Source: the human T2T-CHM13v2.0 reference genome, Homo sapiens. From it: a stretch of DNA of 64,000 nucleotides. Under the pieces are notes generated by a model. The model had not been told where the DNA came from. It did not search any database and worked only from the letters and a program-made list of their open reading frames with translations. The position numbers were made by a program, and so were the translations under genes. Positions 12,220 to 26,470 of this stretch are shown piece by piece. The stretch lies in assembly GCF_009914755.1 (NCBI RefSeq), contig NC_060931.1; one strand, given 5' to 3'. Position 1 is the stretch's first letter. Each line of letters starts with the position of its first letter.

Positions 12220-15200
12220 TATATATATATATATGCTTCTTCATGCAATTTGAGCATTTTGTTTTTAGATAAAGACTTAGAAAGAGTTCTTAGACATCAT
12301 TTTTTAATGCTTGTACAGAAAAAAAGAGGGGTTGGGGGAGACAAAGAACATCAATAACAAAAAACAAAAGTTCATTAAAATGCACAAAAAATGTCCAGTT
12401 ACTTTAGAAATTAAAGAAACACGAAGTTAAAAAGCTCACTTCATCTCTGGCTGTTTCTTTTCAAAATAATAGGTTGATAAGAGTTTAGACAAAAGATCAC
12501 TCTCATCTACAGTTGATGTGGTATAAATTGGTACAAAATTTCTAGAGAGAAATTTATCGGTATGTATCAAAAGCCTTAAAAATGTTTATATCTTGGACAA
12601 GGAATGAATGCTAATAAATTAATATTTGATTTTTCTAAAGACTTTGACCCAGTAGAGTCCATATGAAGGCTTCTCATAAAGCTGTGAGACTCAAGTTTTC
12701 TCTCCACTGCACAAATCAGAACAGCACGTAGCTGTCCCCCAATGCAGCTGTCTGGGGCAACCTAAACTTGGAGGGAGAGCTGTGTGGGTCTGAGGAACAA
12801 GCACGTGAATCACAGAAGTCTTCTAACTTTGGGAAATGCCATGGCTATTTGCAGCGCAAAGCTGACAGAAGGAACTAGAGCACTGCAGCTCTCAAAAAGC
12901 CACACAAATACACTCTTTGAACTGGTTCACATGACTATGTGCAAATCCAACCCTCTGAACAGGTGTCATGGAAAGGTGTCTGCAAAAAACACCAAAAGGT
13001 TATTTTTCTAAAATCCCGTTTTATTGCCTTCTCTTCCAGTGAAGGCAACCCCCAGCTGGTTATTGGGAAGTCACATCCCCCTTCTTCCTATATCTTAGCA
13101 TGGGAGTGATAAAATTGCCTGAAAGAAAGACACTACAATAGCATTAAGTCCATGTGCAAATATAATGACTGACCCTCATATCATATCTCAAGCGCAACAG
13201 TTGTCATAGCTTTATTTATAACAAAACATTGGAAATTAACCAAATGTCTAATAATAGTGGATTGGTTTAAGTAGATATGGTGCATCCATTTGATGGATTG
13301 CAATCCAGTATTTTAAATGTTCTCAAAATATACTTATAGAAGAAAATTAATAGCTATTTGCTAAAATAAACAAGTATAGATTACAGGGGAGTTGCATCCC
13401 ATGCAGGAAGTTAGGTTTTAAAACCAGCACATAATGGAGAAAAAGTTTTGCATAATCAACATTACCCTTGAAAATCTCTAGGTTGAAGACCAAATACCAT
13501 AACTTCCACACAGTTTTTCTTTTAGTATTAGAATACATGGCTGTTTCTGTGATTGTGCATGAAAGTTGTTGGCCTGAGTATAGACCATGTTATAAGAAAA
13601 ATATGTATTTTTGCCATCAGAATCATAGTCACTGTAGCAAGTTGCACACACCATGTGAGACACACAGAAACTGGAATTGACTAAGAAAAAAGAAATTCCT
13701 ATCCCCCATCTCATGCTTATTCCAAAGCATATATTCATGAGCTAAATGAAGAGAAATTTTAAAAATTTAATTAAATTATTGTCTGTCTCACACACAGAGA
13801 GAGTAAAATTCATCTAAGTTAATGTGTGCAGTGATTATCCATGTAAATCATTACATACAAGTTCAAGTTTGCTTAAAAATTTTTATTTTTTACAGATATG
13901 CATAAAAATTCAGAAAGGATGTATGTAAAAATATTAATAACCATTATCTCTAGTGAGGTGATGCATATTGCCAGGGTTTTTTCTTTAATCTGTCTGCATT
14001 TTTCAAAAAAACATAAACATATATTACTTTCATTATCAGAAGAAACTAGGATTATTTTTAACTAGCATTCACAAAACATAGATGGTATATTTAAAACTAA
14101 GCTTTATTGTATTATGAATGCAGGCTACATGTAGAACAATATATAGTTTTGATGTACAATTTCTGATTCAAATGAACAAGCACTTTGTTAAATTACTGCT
14201 AAACATTACGGAAACATGAGAACACATTATGACGCAGTATGTTTCAATCAACAAAATTTTATTCGTCTCCCTTGGTAAAGCAGTGTTATTAGGGACTATT
14301 GAACAGAACACGGAGACAGCCTCCTTATATTGAACTGGTTGTTAAAATACACCTGTCAAGGAAAAAAAGGTTCTGTCTAGATATGGATTATATAAATATA
14401 CATAAAAAAATCTGTAGAAAATTGCCCTAGGAGGTCCTTTCTGAGTGTTTAGACATTCCTAATCTTTCGTGCTTCCGTGATATATTGTTAAAATATCTAT
14501 TACAGCAATATTTTCTCTGCTTCATTCTCAAAAGATGCAGAGATGCATTCAGGTAATGAGGGAAATTTGTTACTGAAACACATATATCACTCTAGTAAGC
14601 CTGTTTTAATGATTGAAAAAAATATATGTCTCACATAGAAGGATTTTAAAGACAGGTTAGTTGAAATGGTTCTTTGATTATGTAAAATCACTGGTGGTTG
14701 ATTCATTGTGTCAGATTTGAAATGAGATTAAATTGTAAGAGTAAGTTTTAAATTCTCTGCATTAAACTGAATTAATAAATTGAGCAAAGACATGATTCAA
14801 ATAGGATTGAAAGGTTCTGCTAAAACCAGACTGTTTAGGTCCATTAGCAACCAGCTAAGAAAGAATATCTTATCAGAAAACAGCGTAGGCTGTGGAAAAT
14901 TAATAGTGCTAGACCCAGTCTTGGTGTAGAATTACATGGAAGGGATTAGGAAGTGAGGGGAAGGTAATTAAGTAGAAAGAACAGCCGGAAAGAACTGAAA
15001 AGCCAAAGATCAGATGGTCCTCAAGTTGAGCCCCTCACCATCTGTTGGCAATCATCAAAATTTATTTGATCTTATTGTATATTTACTCTGTGAAAGGAAA
15101 AGAATAAAACCTCATTCTAATGAATGAATAGGTGAGATCAAGGAGAATACCCATTATAACAGAGCTCATTATTATAGCAAGTAAAATCATTCCCATTGCA

Positions 15201-15399
15201 ACATAACAAATACAATTAATATAATCTAATTGTTACATCTTTGTCCATGTCCCTAATATGAGCTTCATAAAAAGATTCTCATGTTTTCCTGGCCCTTTGT
15301 GATTTAGTTGGAGCACTTTGTTTATAATTTTGCTGTCATTGTTTATTGTATGTTTGTCTATACAATTGCTCTTATAAAATTGCTGAGTGACTGCATGCA

Positions 15400-15920
15400 T
15401 GCATCAGGAAAAGTAGGTCAATCAGCCACTTAATGTTTCCTCTTCTAATCTGCATTAGCACCTGTGATTTCAGTATCAGCTAAAGGGGTTACTACTATTT
15501 ACCCAGTTATACAAAACAGAAAATACAATTCTTTCCTCTCCTTTACCTCTGGTTCTCACATCCAATCAACTACCATATCCTCCTAAATGTTTTTCTATAG
15601 CTTTACTTCTTTAGCCTTTGTTTTTGGGGCTTCCTCCCTTCTTTTTCGGCAGTACTGCAACTTTTCACTTCAGCCTTTCACCTTAACTAGTTACTACCTG
15701 CCTCTTTTCTCGTTCCCCTCAAATCCATCTTCCATTACACAGAGAAAACACAACTCTGACCTTTCAACTCCCTGTTAAAAGATTCCTGTTTCCACAGCAC
15801 TTGCAGGATAAAGTCCAAAGGCATTTGTGTAGTATGGGAAACCCTTAACCACAGTGTCCCCTGACTATTTCAGCTCTCTAACTCTTTTCTCCCATCTCAC
15901 AGTTTATGCCCTCCAGCAAA
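15400..15920. mobile_element. L2 LINE fragment
   Basis: CACATCCAATCAAC...CAACTCTGACCTTTCAACTCCCTGTTAAAA...CAGGATAAAGTCCAAA, L2 3'-like. Confidence 0.55.
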
Positions 15921-16868
15921 ACCAGAGAGTAATTTATAAAGCAACTACCAATAAATAATTAAGCAATTTTTATTATAATCAACTCATGACATGCCTCAGG
16001 GATGAGTATTTCTATTCATTCTTAGGTCTGTGCTATGCATTAGTATTTAAAAATTAGCTGCTGGGGTTTTAGACTGTGAGCCTTGCAAGGAAGGCAGACC
16101 AAACTATACAGCCAGCTATCACATGGGAGCATCTGTGCAAGACGTCTCTGCACAGCTCAGCAAGACAAGCAGATACATCATCATATCTCTGAATACATAT
16201 TAGTATTGCCCACCAGTCAAGCAGTATGCAGCTTCACAGGAGAGCTGTGTATTTTCCTTTATTAAAAAATGATTGAGACTGTCATTCTTTGCCTAGTGCC
16301 ATCTTTCACATACCTAGCAGCACACTTTTAACATGCCGGATATTTGAAAGCTTTATCAGAAAAGGCTGGCTGCCTCATATCAAGTGTTTAATTTAGTTCT
16401 GAAGTCTCTTGAGAAAAATGAATTGATGTCAGATTTTTAATTTTAAAGTTACATTTGCATTGCAGATGGACTATTTAACAGTTCACGTAATCAATAAATT
16501 TAATACTTCAGCACAGGACATGTTAACGAGAGACGGTAGGATCTAAATTAGTGGTTTCTTTTGAAAATTCACATCATGCTTGCTTGCTTGCTTACTTAAA
16601 TCTGTTAATCATAAGAAATCACCGTCTTGTAATGAAAAAATAAATAGCTGAATGTTTCCACAAAGTAGTCAGCTTCTTGGACATGATATTCATTTCTTTT
16701 TAGGGACTAACATATCTTGATAAGTAGTAATATTCTACCCCACTCACCCCTCCCTACCAACCTTGCAAAGAATGTGCAGATCCAAACTTTTAAAACCTGT
16801 TTAAAATGCTATTTCATAACTGTGCCAAATGCTAGCGAACAAATATTTTTAAATGTATTGGGTATTGT

Positions 16869-16917
16869 ATTAAAAGTAATTAATGGCAAAAACCGCAATT
16901 ACTTTTGAACCAACCGT
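16869..16917. mobile_element. MADE1 (Hsmar1 MITE) half element
   Basis: TAATGGCAAAAACCGCAATTACTTTTGAACCAACC matches one MADE1 inverted-repeat arm. Confidence 0.8.
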
Positions 16918-18222
16918 ACAAATGGGCACTGAGCTAGTAAAAAGTGAATATTTTGTGTTTTAAAATTATTCATGTTTCTTTTTATAAACAATAAACTTGT
17001 TTTATTGAACAGCATTATACATTTTTATCAGCTTTATTGAGATATAATTGGCATAAACTGCACATATTTAATGTATACAATTTGATGTGTATGATATATA
17101 TGTGTAGGCTTTATGATTTCTAGTTAAAAAGTTAGAAATGAATGAAGAAGAAAACTATCCACTATATTCACAGTACTATAATCACAATTAAAACTTTAGA
17201 ACATGCCCTTCCAAGTTTTTAAAATCTATTCATATACACATACGAATAAAATAGACATGTGCTTCCATTTCTACCAAATTGTGAACAAGCTGCATATATT
17301 AGGTTGTGTTTTTTTGTGTTTTTAACTAAAGTTTTCATAAATGTTTTTTCGTATTACTAAGTATCTTTCTAAAGATAATTTTTAATGTATACATATATCA
17401 CATACATTTTTATCTGTAGTGAAATAATCACAAAATGAATGATGAAGAAAATAATCACCTATAGCCACCTATAACCACTACTTAAACCATAAAAACATAA
17501 CCATATAAGTAACCATGCATATAATCACTATTAAAATTCTAAAATATGTTTTAATACACATATGAATTTTAAATATATGTAATTATATATACACACACTT
17601 TCATTTTTACTAAAATATTAATCAAACTATATGTATTATTTTATACCCCGATTTTAAAGAAAATTTAATAAGCAGTTTGTATACTTGCAATTTTTTTTAC
17701 AAAAAGTTTAAAAAATACAGAAATGAATGAAGCCAATTATCACCAATAACTCAAGTAATACAGATAATCACTATTTAAACTTTGGAATATATACTTCTGG
17801 ACAGATATAGAAAAAACCATTTTATTATTAAATTCTATTTTTAATTTAAATTTTATATGAGCATTTTTCCATGTTATTATATATCTTCTTAAGAAATAAT
17901 TTTAAGCAGCAGAATAGTTTTATAACATGAAGTACTTTTGATAACATTGGATATAATAAAATCTTTTAAATCTTGGCCAATTTTATAGCAAAACTTTTCA
18001 TTTTTAAAAAACATACAATCTTTTGATTAGTATTGAAGTTAAATGTGTTTTTCAAATGCTCATAGACCATTTTAAATGATGTCTTATTTATTTTGTCCAT
18101 TCTGTATGCTATAAATAATTTTTCCATTTTATCATTTCCTTTTATGGCAATTTTCATGCACATATGTTTTCCTTTATATTTTTTCTTCATAATTTTTTTC
18201 TTTGCCTTTTTGCTTAAGCTAA

Positions 18223-18564
<342 letters not shown>

Positions 18565-21114
18565 TAATTTTGAATTTGAATTTTTAACATCTGGGATTTA
18601 TTTGTTATATAATGTAAGGTGACCAAGCATCCTTGTACACGGATTTGAAATTACATCTTTATCACATAATAAATTCTTATGTATGCATTTGAATTTAAAA
18701 TTTGTGCTAGTGAAGTGATGAAAGCTGCAGTTCAATCTCTAAGCTTTTGTTCCTTTTGTATCTGTTTAGTTAAATGTGGCATTGATTTAGGGTGATACTT
18801 TTTCTTTTTTAACACTCCATAAAGCACCAAAGATACATTTAAATTTATATACATACATGTAACTATTTTTCTTCTTTAGGTTTATATTTTCTTTTAAAGC
18901 AATACAAGCTTTTTGTAGGAAAAATGTAAGTAAAATTGTAAGGAAGCAGAAAAATTATTTTGATCTCTTTTAATCAACAATAACCACTGATAACACTTTG
19001 GCATATTTAGTTTTACAACTTTTTTCACTTTTTCTTCTTTGTGGAGGATACAAGAGATGTAAATAAAGGTCTTTAAATGTTTTCATAATGATGATTGTTT
19101 TATGCTTCCAGTAGAACATTAACTTGATTTGTAATAATGAAATTTTTAATCCTCCTAATGGGATTTGAAACATATTTCTTAAAGAACCTAAATGTACAAA
19201 CTCATATTCTGAAAACAAAAAAACAAATGTTTTTTAAAATTACTCATTAAAATGGAAATTCTCTATTTTCACCAGTGGGTGGCAATCTCAACATATACAC
19301 TGTTTGGTATTTTCGACAGAACTGTTTATTGCAAAGGGGAAAGCTACCTAAAATGTCTGACAACTGTAACTCCAGCAGCTGTTGTTGCCCTTTAGTTGTT
19401 GCCCTTAAAAAAAGAAAAAGAGAAACCTGCAGGAATAATCACAAGTAAGAACATTACACAACATGGAATAAAATTACCCTGGTTTAACGTGGGCTTGGTG
19501 AAAATAAAAGCTATGTGTTAAAATACTATTCTTCATACGCTTCTAAAAAATCCAGTGTTTTAAATATTTCTAGAGAGGACTGAAATTTACATCAAATTTC
19601 CTACAATTACGTGAGTTTTAACTATTGCAAAAAAAAAAAAAAGGTTATGGAGGATATAACTGTGATGTGTAAACAGCAAACTTTAATGGTTAGCAAAGCA
19701 TCCAAAACACATAGCTAAACCAACATTATAGTTAGGGGCATTCAGGTAGTAGAAAGCTTTAAAGAGTGGGTGCATCCACATGGGAAAGACCTGCAAATAG
19801 CTGTCTGAAGTTGCGTTATCTCCTATTTGGAAACAAAAACAAACATAAAGCTAAAGTAATTGGTTTTTTAAAGTGCAAAATCCAATAATCTCAAATTTCA
19901 GATCATGAAAGAAAGCAGTTTGGGGCATTTCACTGATGTTTTGATCTACATATTTATATACTCAGTCCCCTATTTCAAATATAATATAAACATGGTGATT
20001 TTTTTTTATTTTGCAGATAAACCATATACTTTCTTACAGTGGTAATTAAAACCAAATGGCACAAATCACTTGAGAGTGAGAATCCCCAGAGTGCAGGGCA
20101 ATCTAAAAAAGAGGGTACAGTTGGCAGTAAAGTTACAGAGTTTATCTTCAAACCAAGAGCATGCTCTCAGACAGCTCAAAGCGTTGAATCCACTCTGTCC
20201 AACCCAGTTATCTCCTGGTGATTATGACACCCGGCCTCTTGACTCTCTGCAGTATGTCAGTTCACTTGTTTCTATTCCATTGCTCTAGAGCCTACTGAGT
20301 CTGGGGGACAGGGCATAAAGTGAGTTTGATTCAGGATTCAGCAATGCTTATGCCCCCCTGGCAAACTGGTAGGCACTCCCTCAAGAAGCTCAGTTGAGTA
20401 AAAACTAAGGAGACTTTAGGGAGAACTATTTATGCAAAGAAAATTGCAAGGATGACAAAATTGACTTAGAAAAAAAGCCATAGTAGCTGTAAGAGTAAAG
20501 ATACTAAAGTGTGGTGACTTTTGTTGGTAATGACCCCTAAACCAGCCTCGGGAATACGTATTAAAGCCTGACTGTAAATAGAAATCTAAAAACTGCAAAC
20601 CTCTCCAACAACACCTACATCAAAGAAAGAGAAATTCTCATCTGCTGCATCATCCAGTTCTTTCAACTATTTCTCATATAATGCAAGTTTCTAGACCCTC
20701 CCATCATAATTACCCTCCTATGATATCCTCTTGTTATTAGTGCAATTCTTAGAGTGTAGATTCCCATAATTAAACCCAATATGCTAGCAATGAGGAACAA
20801 AGTAAGGCTTCTATAAGCTGTACACTTATCCGCCATTAACAGAACACAATATTCCTTGAGCTTTTTTAGTATTGACCTAGAGCTTTCAGTAAGTATTTAT
20901 CAGAGGTCAGTTTAATTGTGAACAGCACTAAAATAGGCAGTCTACTTGCTTACACACTGTTTAAACCATATTCAGCAATCTGCAGGGGATTAAAATCACC
21001 TCAATAAATGGAGATGAAGGAATTAATGCACGATCAAGTACCAAAATGAGCATTTCAGATTCCAAGAGCTTTCATAGTTCAGAGTCAAGGAGTAGTTACA
21101 AGGCAGACAGGACT

Positions 21115-21365
21115 TAGCAGCTAACATTCACTGAGTGTTTATTTGGTGCCAGACCTTGTTCCATGTACTCCAGTAGCATGAGCTCATTTAATCCTCACAT
21201 CGACCCTGTGAGTTAGATACTATTATTATCTCCATTTTACAACGAGGAAACTGAGGCTTAGAGATGTTAAATAACTTGTCCAAAAGTACACAGCAAGTAA
21301 TTGGGAATATCTGGGTCCTGAACCTAGACAGCCTGACTCCAGAGACACACACAACTGCTCTGCTA
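21115..21365 (-). mobile_element. MIR (MIRb-like), near full length
   Basis: CTCATTTAATCCTCAC...TCCATTTTACAACGAGGAAACTGAGGCTTAGAGATGTTAAATAACTTGTCCAA. Confidence 0.88.
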
Positions 21366-22931
21366 TGTGTTCTCCCTACACAGCTGTGGCACCATCAGTC
21401 TCAGTCATGCCTGAAAAATCAGAGGTGTCTCATTTAGCCTGTTTCATGGTCGCTGCTTTGTGATCTTCAGGGACTGCCACTTCCCAGCTCCTTCTTTAAT
21501 GTGAAACCAGGCAAACTGGCCGTAATGAAACAGTCTGAAGCTTCATCACATCTGTGTCCACTGCATTCATGAGGATCCAGCCCATGGTGGCAGGTGAGGG
21601 CCCCATGAAAATGAGCAGCATAAACATCAAAATAATCCATAATAGAAGATTTATGAAAAGAGTTGATATTCCTTCCGATTTTTGATTTGGGGATAGTAAC
21701 AGATAATTCATAACTATTTACATCTTTTTCACTTAAGTAACAAGCAAAACGATGCAGATTGTCTGCTGGACATTGCAATAGATACCATAACTATTCACTG
21801 CAGGGCTTTAGGAGATATTTATGGCTCTTTAGAAGCAGATGCACTTTTTAAGATTTTTCGCTGTGACTTAAATTTTGAATTCTAACCACTCAAGGCTATA
21901 CTGAGAGAGGTGAGTATGAAAAGTACTACACAGAAGCAAAAGGAAATACACAAAAAGCCAAAAGGAAGAAAGACTTCCCCCCAAATTAGTTGAAAATATG
22001 TATACTAATTGAAAGCCAATAACTCCAGACCTAATGGGATAATATTCATAACCCCAAGGGAGGATGCTTTGAATAATGATAAATTAGAAGGAATTCATTC
22101 TACAGATTTAAAATATTTCTGTACTGTTCTTAGGGGGAAAATCAAAACAAAAAATTTGTCAGCAAGCATATGAATAACCCTTATTAGACTAATGAAAAGT
22201 GAAAAAACTACTAAGAAAAGGTGATCTTATGTCCTTTGTGAAACAACTTAAACATTTATCTAGACAAGTACCGTATTTAAGGAGCCAAATTCTGCCTCAA
22301 AGGGAACCAGCTGGCCATGAAATATAATCTCTTTAGCTGGATGGAGGATAAACAAAGTTTAGTCCTTCGTGCAGAACATGCAATGAAGATAGAAAGCACA
22401 TTGCCCTGGGATTTGTCCTGAGCAGGTGTCAGCAGCCTCTGTGAGATGGCTGCCAGGTCTTTATTTATTCACTCTCTCAGGAACTGGAAGAGGGAGGGCT
22501 TCTAGTATCCTTAGGTCACACACATGCCCAGAAGTGGATGTACTTTGAGGCAGCGAGGTTACATCTATAAGCCAAAACACTTGAAAAATACCTGGATCGT
22601 GTTTGCTGCTCCACGGAAAATGTGGGGCTCAGGCGTCCCCCCTCCCCCAGGAACTTCTCTTCCCACAATCCCAGTTACTGTTCCTGGGGTTTATTTAGAG
22701 TCCTCAAGAATTTCCTTTTATAATGCAAGTACCCTTAAGATAGATGGCACCTATATTCATTTTTGCAAAAGATGTAGAGAAGCTGTGAGCCAGGTAACAC
22801 GCTAGACTAATTATGACCTTAAGTGAAGAACAACTCAGTTCTGTGTGTTTATCCAGTCCTAAGAGTCTGCGTGTTGGGGGCACAGTGACAGGGAAAGGTT
22901 GAGAGTATTGTTGGTTAAGAAAGCTAGTGGA

Positions 22932-23229
22932 GGCTGGGTGTGGTGGCTAATGCCTGTAGTCCCAGCACTTTGGGGGGCCGAGGTGGGAGGATCGCTTAAG
23001 CTCAGGAGTTTGAGACCAGCCTGGACAAGATGCAAAACCATGTCTTTACCAAAAATACAAAAATTAGCAAGGTGTGTAGGCCAGTGCTTGTAGTCCCAGT
23101 TCTTGGGAGACAGGAGAATTGCTTGAGCTCAGGAGGTTTAGGCTGCTGTGAACTATGTTCTCACCACTGTACTCCAACCTGGATGACAAAGTGAGACAAA
23201 AAAAAACAGAAAGCAAGCAAGAAAGAAAG
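22932..23229 (+). mobile_element. Alu (AluJ-like) with GAAA-type tail
   Basis: Dimer; TSD GAAAGCYAGTGG at 22920-22931 and 23230-23241. Confidence 0.92.
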
Positions 23230-23877
23230 GAAAGCCAGTGGCCGCTTTTATTGTTGTTTTAGTTTTCTATTTTCATCTGTTAAGACCTCAAAGGAAACGT
23301 GTTATACATCAATTCTGAGGCCAGAATACTATATTACAATAATATTTTGCATATATTTATGCTATTGGGTAGGTCTGTAAACAAGAATGATTGAGATCTG
23401 ACCAGAAGCAGAAGCAGTGCACTGTATCTGGGATTTATGGAATAATAAACAGTATGTTAGGTTTACCTCTAGTTTGTGAGCAAACAGAATTTTTTACAAT
23501 TATTTACCTATTCACTAAAGTCAAATGGAGCAATGTAATTAAAGTTTTCCAGGTCTTCGTAATAAATAAAAACAGTCTCAAGTGCACTTGGATTAATTAA
23601 GGAAACATTTCCTTTTTCCTTTTTCTATTTTACTTTCTATATATTTTTCTTTTTTTAGTTTGATTCTAAATAAATGTTCTTTAGTCTATACATAAATGAA
23701 CAGAAATATTATGTGAGATTGATGACAGAAAACTAATTAGAAACTTTTACAAACCTTTATAATTTGATTAGTTCTGTAATAAAAGAGAACTCACAGCCAC
23801 TTTCAGATTCTACGATTGGGAGTTAAAAACCTAAAAGTCTGTTCTTTCTGTGTCTTCCGTACTCAACCATATCTATG

Positions 23878-24345
23878 ACATTTTGTTGTTCTTAACTTCC
23901 CAATATTCATTTCCTCCTTTTTAAAATTAAATTGCACAAACTTCCTTCCAGAACTATTTCTCCACCCTCAACTATCAATCCATGTGTTTTGGTTGGCATA
24001 CCATCCTAGTTCCTGGCCACTTAGAGCAATAGATCCCCCAAGAGATTGGGTCAGGGACCACATGACCTACGCTGGTCCCATTACAATGGCTCCCAGGATT
24101 TTTGTGGAAACTGCACTTTCTCTTTTCCTCTGGACTTGAGCCTTGGAGAAGTTAGGCCTAGAGTTAGCCTGAGAATGAAGCCAACAAAGGAAATATGAAA
24201 CTAGAGAGATGTGGCAAAACTAGGGCCTGATGATATTCTGAGTCCTGTGTCAAACCTTTAACATTTTGTTATGGGCACCAATACATTCTTTTTCTTAAGC
24301 TATTTAGAATCAGGTTTCCTTTTCCATGCAGCTAAAGGAGACCTA
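23878..24345 (+). mobile_element. MaLR LTR (old MLT1-like)
   Basis: GCCTGAGAATGAAGCCAACA...CCAATACATTCTTTTTCTTAAGCTATTTAGAATCAGGTTTC, MLT1 3' end-like. Confidence 0.65.
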
Positions 24346-24460
24346 TTTCATATAGAAACCAATCTGATTGCTTCTTCTTATTCCATGACTATTGTGTCTA
24401 TTTTGCTTAGATTCTCTCATTCAGTATTTTACATATTTAACAAAAATACCATGTTTTCTT

Positions 24461-24995
24461 TTTTTTTATTATTATACTTTAAGTTCTGGGGTACATGTGC
24501 AGAACATGCAGGTTTGTTACACAGGTATACATGTGCCATGCTGGCTTGCTGCACCCATCAACCCGTCATCTACATTAGATATTTCTCCTAATACTATCCC
24601 TCCCCTAGCCTCCCACCCCTGACAGGCTGGGTATGTGATGTCCCCCTCCCTGTGTCCATGTGTTCTCATTGTTCAACTCCCACTTATGAGTGAGAACATG
24701 CAGTGTTTGGTTTTCTGTTCTTGTGTTAGTTTGCTGAGAATGATGGTTTCCAGCTTCATTCACGTCCCTGCAAAGGACATGAACTCATCCTTTTTTATGG
24801 CTGCATAGCAGTCCATGGTGTATATGTGCCATATTTTCTTTATCCAGTCTATCATTGATGGGCATCTGGGTTGGTTCCAAGTCTTTGCTATTGTGAACAG
24901 TGCCACAATAAACATACATGTGCATCTGTCTTTATAGTAGAATGATTTATAATCCTTTGGGTATATACCCAGTAATGGGATTGCTGGGTCAAATG
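24461..24995 (-). mobile_element. 5'-truncated L1PA (ORF2 C-terminus + 3' UTR)
   Basis: Minus frame reads [39 protein letters not shown]; TSD AAAAATACCAYRTTTTCTT at 24442-24460 and 24996-25014. Confidence 0.95.
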
Positions 24996-25896
24996 AAAAA
25001 TACCACATTTTCTTGACTTTAAAACATACCTTTGCACAAGTCATGTCCAAAAATACTTTGAGAAGTAAGTAGTGATGCAGCTGGCATTGCCTGCACATAA
25101 ACAAACTTATTCAAATCAAGAAGAAATCTTTACTTGGATAGAAGAAATCCAAGTAAAAAAAAAAATTCTGTTTGCTCGCAAACTAGAGGTAAACAAAATG
25201 GCATTGGGTTGTGACCCTGTTATCTGCACTGGTTTCACGCACCATATAGTTGCACATTGACTTAAATTCAGATTCTAAATTTTTACTTAACATGCTTTCA
25301 GAAGATATTATGAAGCAGCACTGAAATAAAGTGTTATTGCGGTAGCAGAAGCTAAAGATTACCTGGCAAGAGCCAGGTGGTGCAATTAAAGCTAATAGAA
25401 ATTGCCAAATCTTTTTAATCCTCAAAATTTCAAAACTAGCAGAGATTGGTCCAAATGATACGTGCTTATAAGGAACCATAATCAGGCTCCCAAATAGCTG
25501 TTAAAAACCTTTGACTGACTTTCAAGAGACTCTATTTAACTTACAGAAATACTTAATTCAATTAAAGATAAAAAGAAAGTGTGAATTTAATCAAACATGA
25601 TATACAGACAAGATATCAGTGTTCTTCCATGGTACAGTATCAATGTTTTGATCCTAAACATGTTAAACAATTTGGTCTCCCAGGAAATGTGTTTTCCATA
25701 TAGTGCTATATATACATGGATGAGAATGATTCAGGAAAGCCTTCGGGCTCCAAATATGAAGAAGAGTTAGAGTCAATATTTATGAAGCTACAGACATAAA
25801 ATTTCATTGCTTTCATAAATTTATTAACATACAGGTACTAAATATTATTTATAGATTCTGGTTCTAAGATTTAGACTTAACCTCCCTACCAAACCA

Positions 25897-26021
25897 AAGG
25901 AGAAGAAAAAAAGAAGGAAGGTAAGGGTAAGGGAAAGGGAAAGGGAAGGGGAAGGGGAAGAGGAAGGGGAGAAAGAAAGAAAAAGAAAAAAGAAAGAAAG
26001 AAAGAAAGAAGGAAGGAAGGA

Positions 26022-26057
<36 letters not shown>

Positions 26058-26248
26058 AAAAGAAAGAAAAAGAAAGAAAGAAAGGAAGGAAGGAAGGAAG
26101 GAAGGAAGGAAGGAAGGAAGGAAGAAAGGAAGGAAGGAAGGAAGGAGGGAGGGAAAAGAAAGAAAAGAGGGAGGGAAAGAAAGGAAGGAAGGAAAGAAGG
26201 AAGGAAGGAAGGGAAGGAGGGAGGGAGGGAGAGAGAAAGAGACAGAAA

Positions 26249-26318
<70 letters not shown>

Positions 26319-26470
26319 AAGAGAGAAAGGAAGGGAAGAAAGAAAGAAAGAGAAAGAAAGAAAGAGAGAGAAAGAAAGAGAAAGAAAGAAAGAGAGAGAA
26401 AGAAAGAGAAAGAAAAAAAGAGAGAGAAAGAAAGAAAAGAAAGCAAGCAAACAGGCACGAAAGAAGGAAG
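25897..26470 (+). repeat. Compound polypurine microsatellite (GAAA)n/(GGAA)n/(GA)n
   Basis: About 570 bp almost exclusively A/G; (GGAA)10 at 26084-26123. Confidence 0.98.

Noticed and set aside
16869-16917. miR-548-type hairpin from MADE1
   Set aside because: Only one arm of the palindrome is present.
20446-20457. GCAAGGATGACA match to U6 snRNA
   Set aside because: Only 12 nt, and the flanks do not extend the match.
21467-21778. 103-aa minus-strand ORF
   Set aside because: No recognisable domain or gene context.
24760-25104. ORF with L1 ORF2 C-terminal similarity (also 49537-49779, 59194-59436)
   Set aside because: Fragments of truncated L1 elements, not genes.
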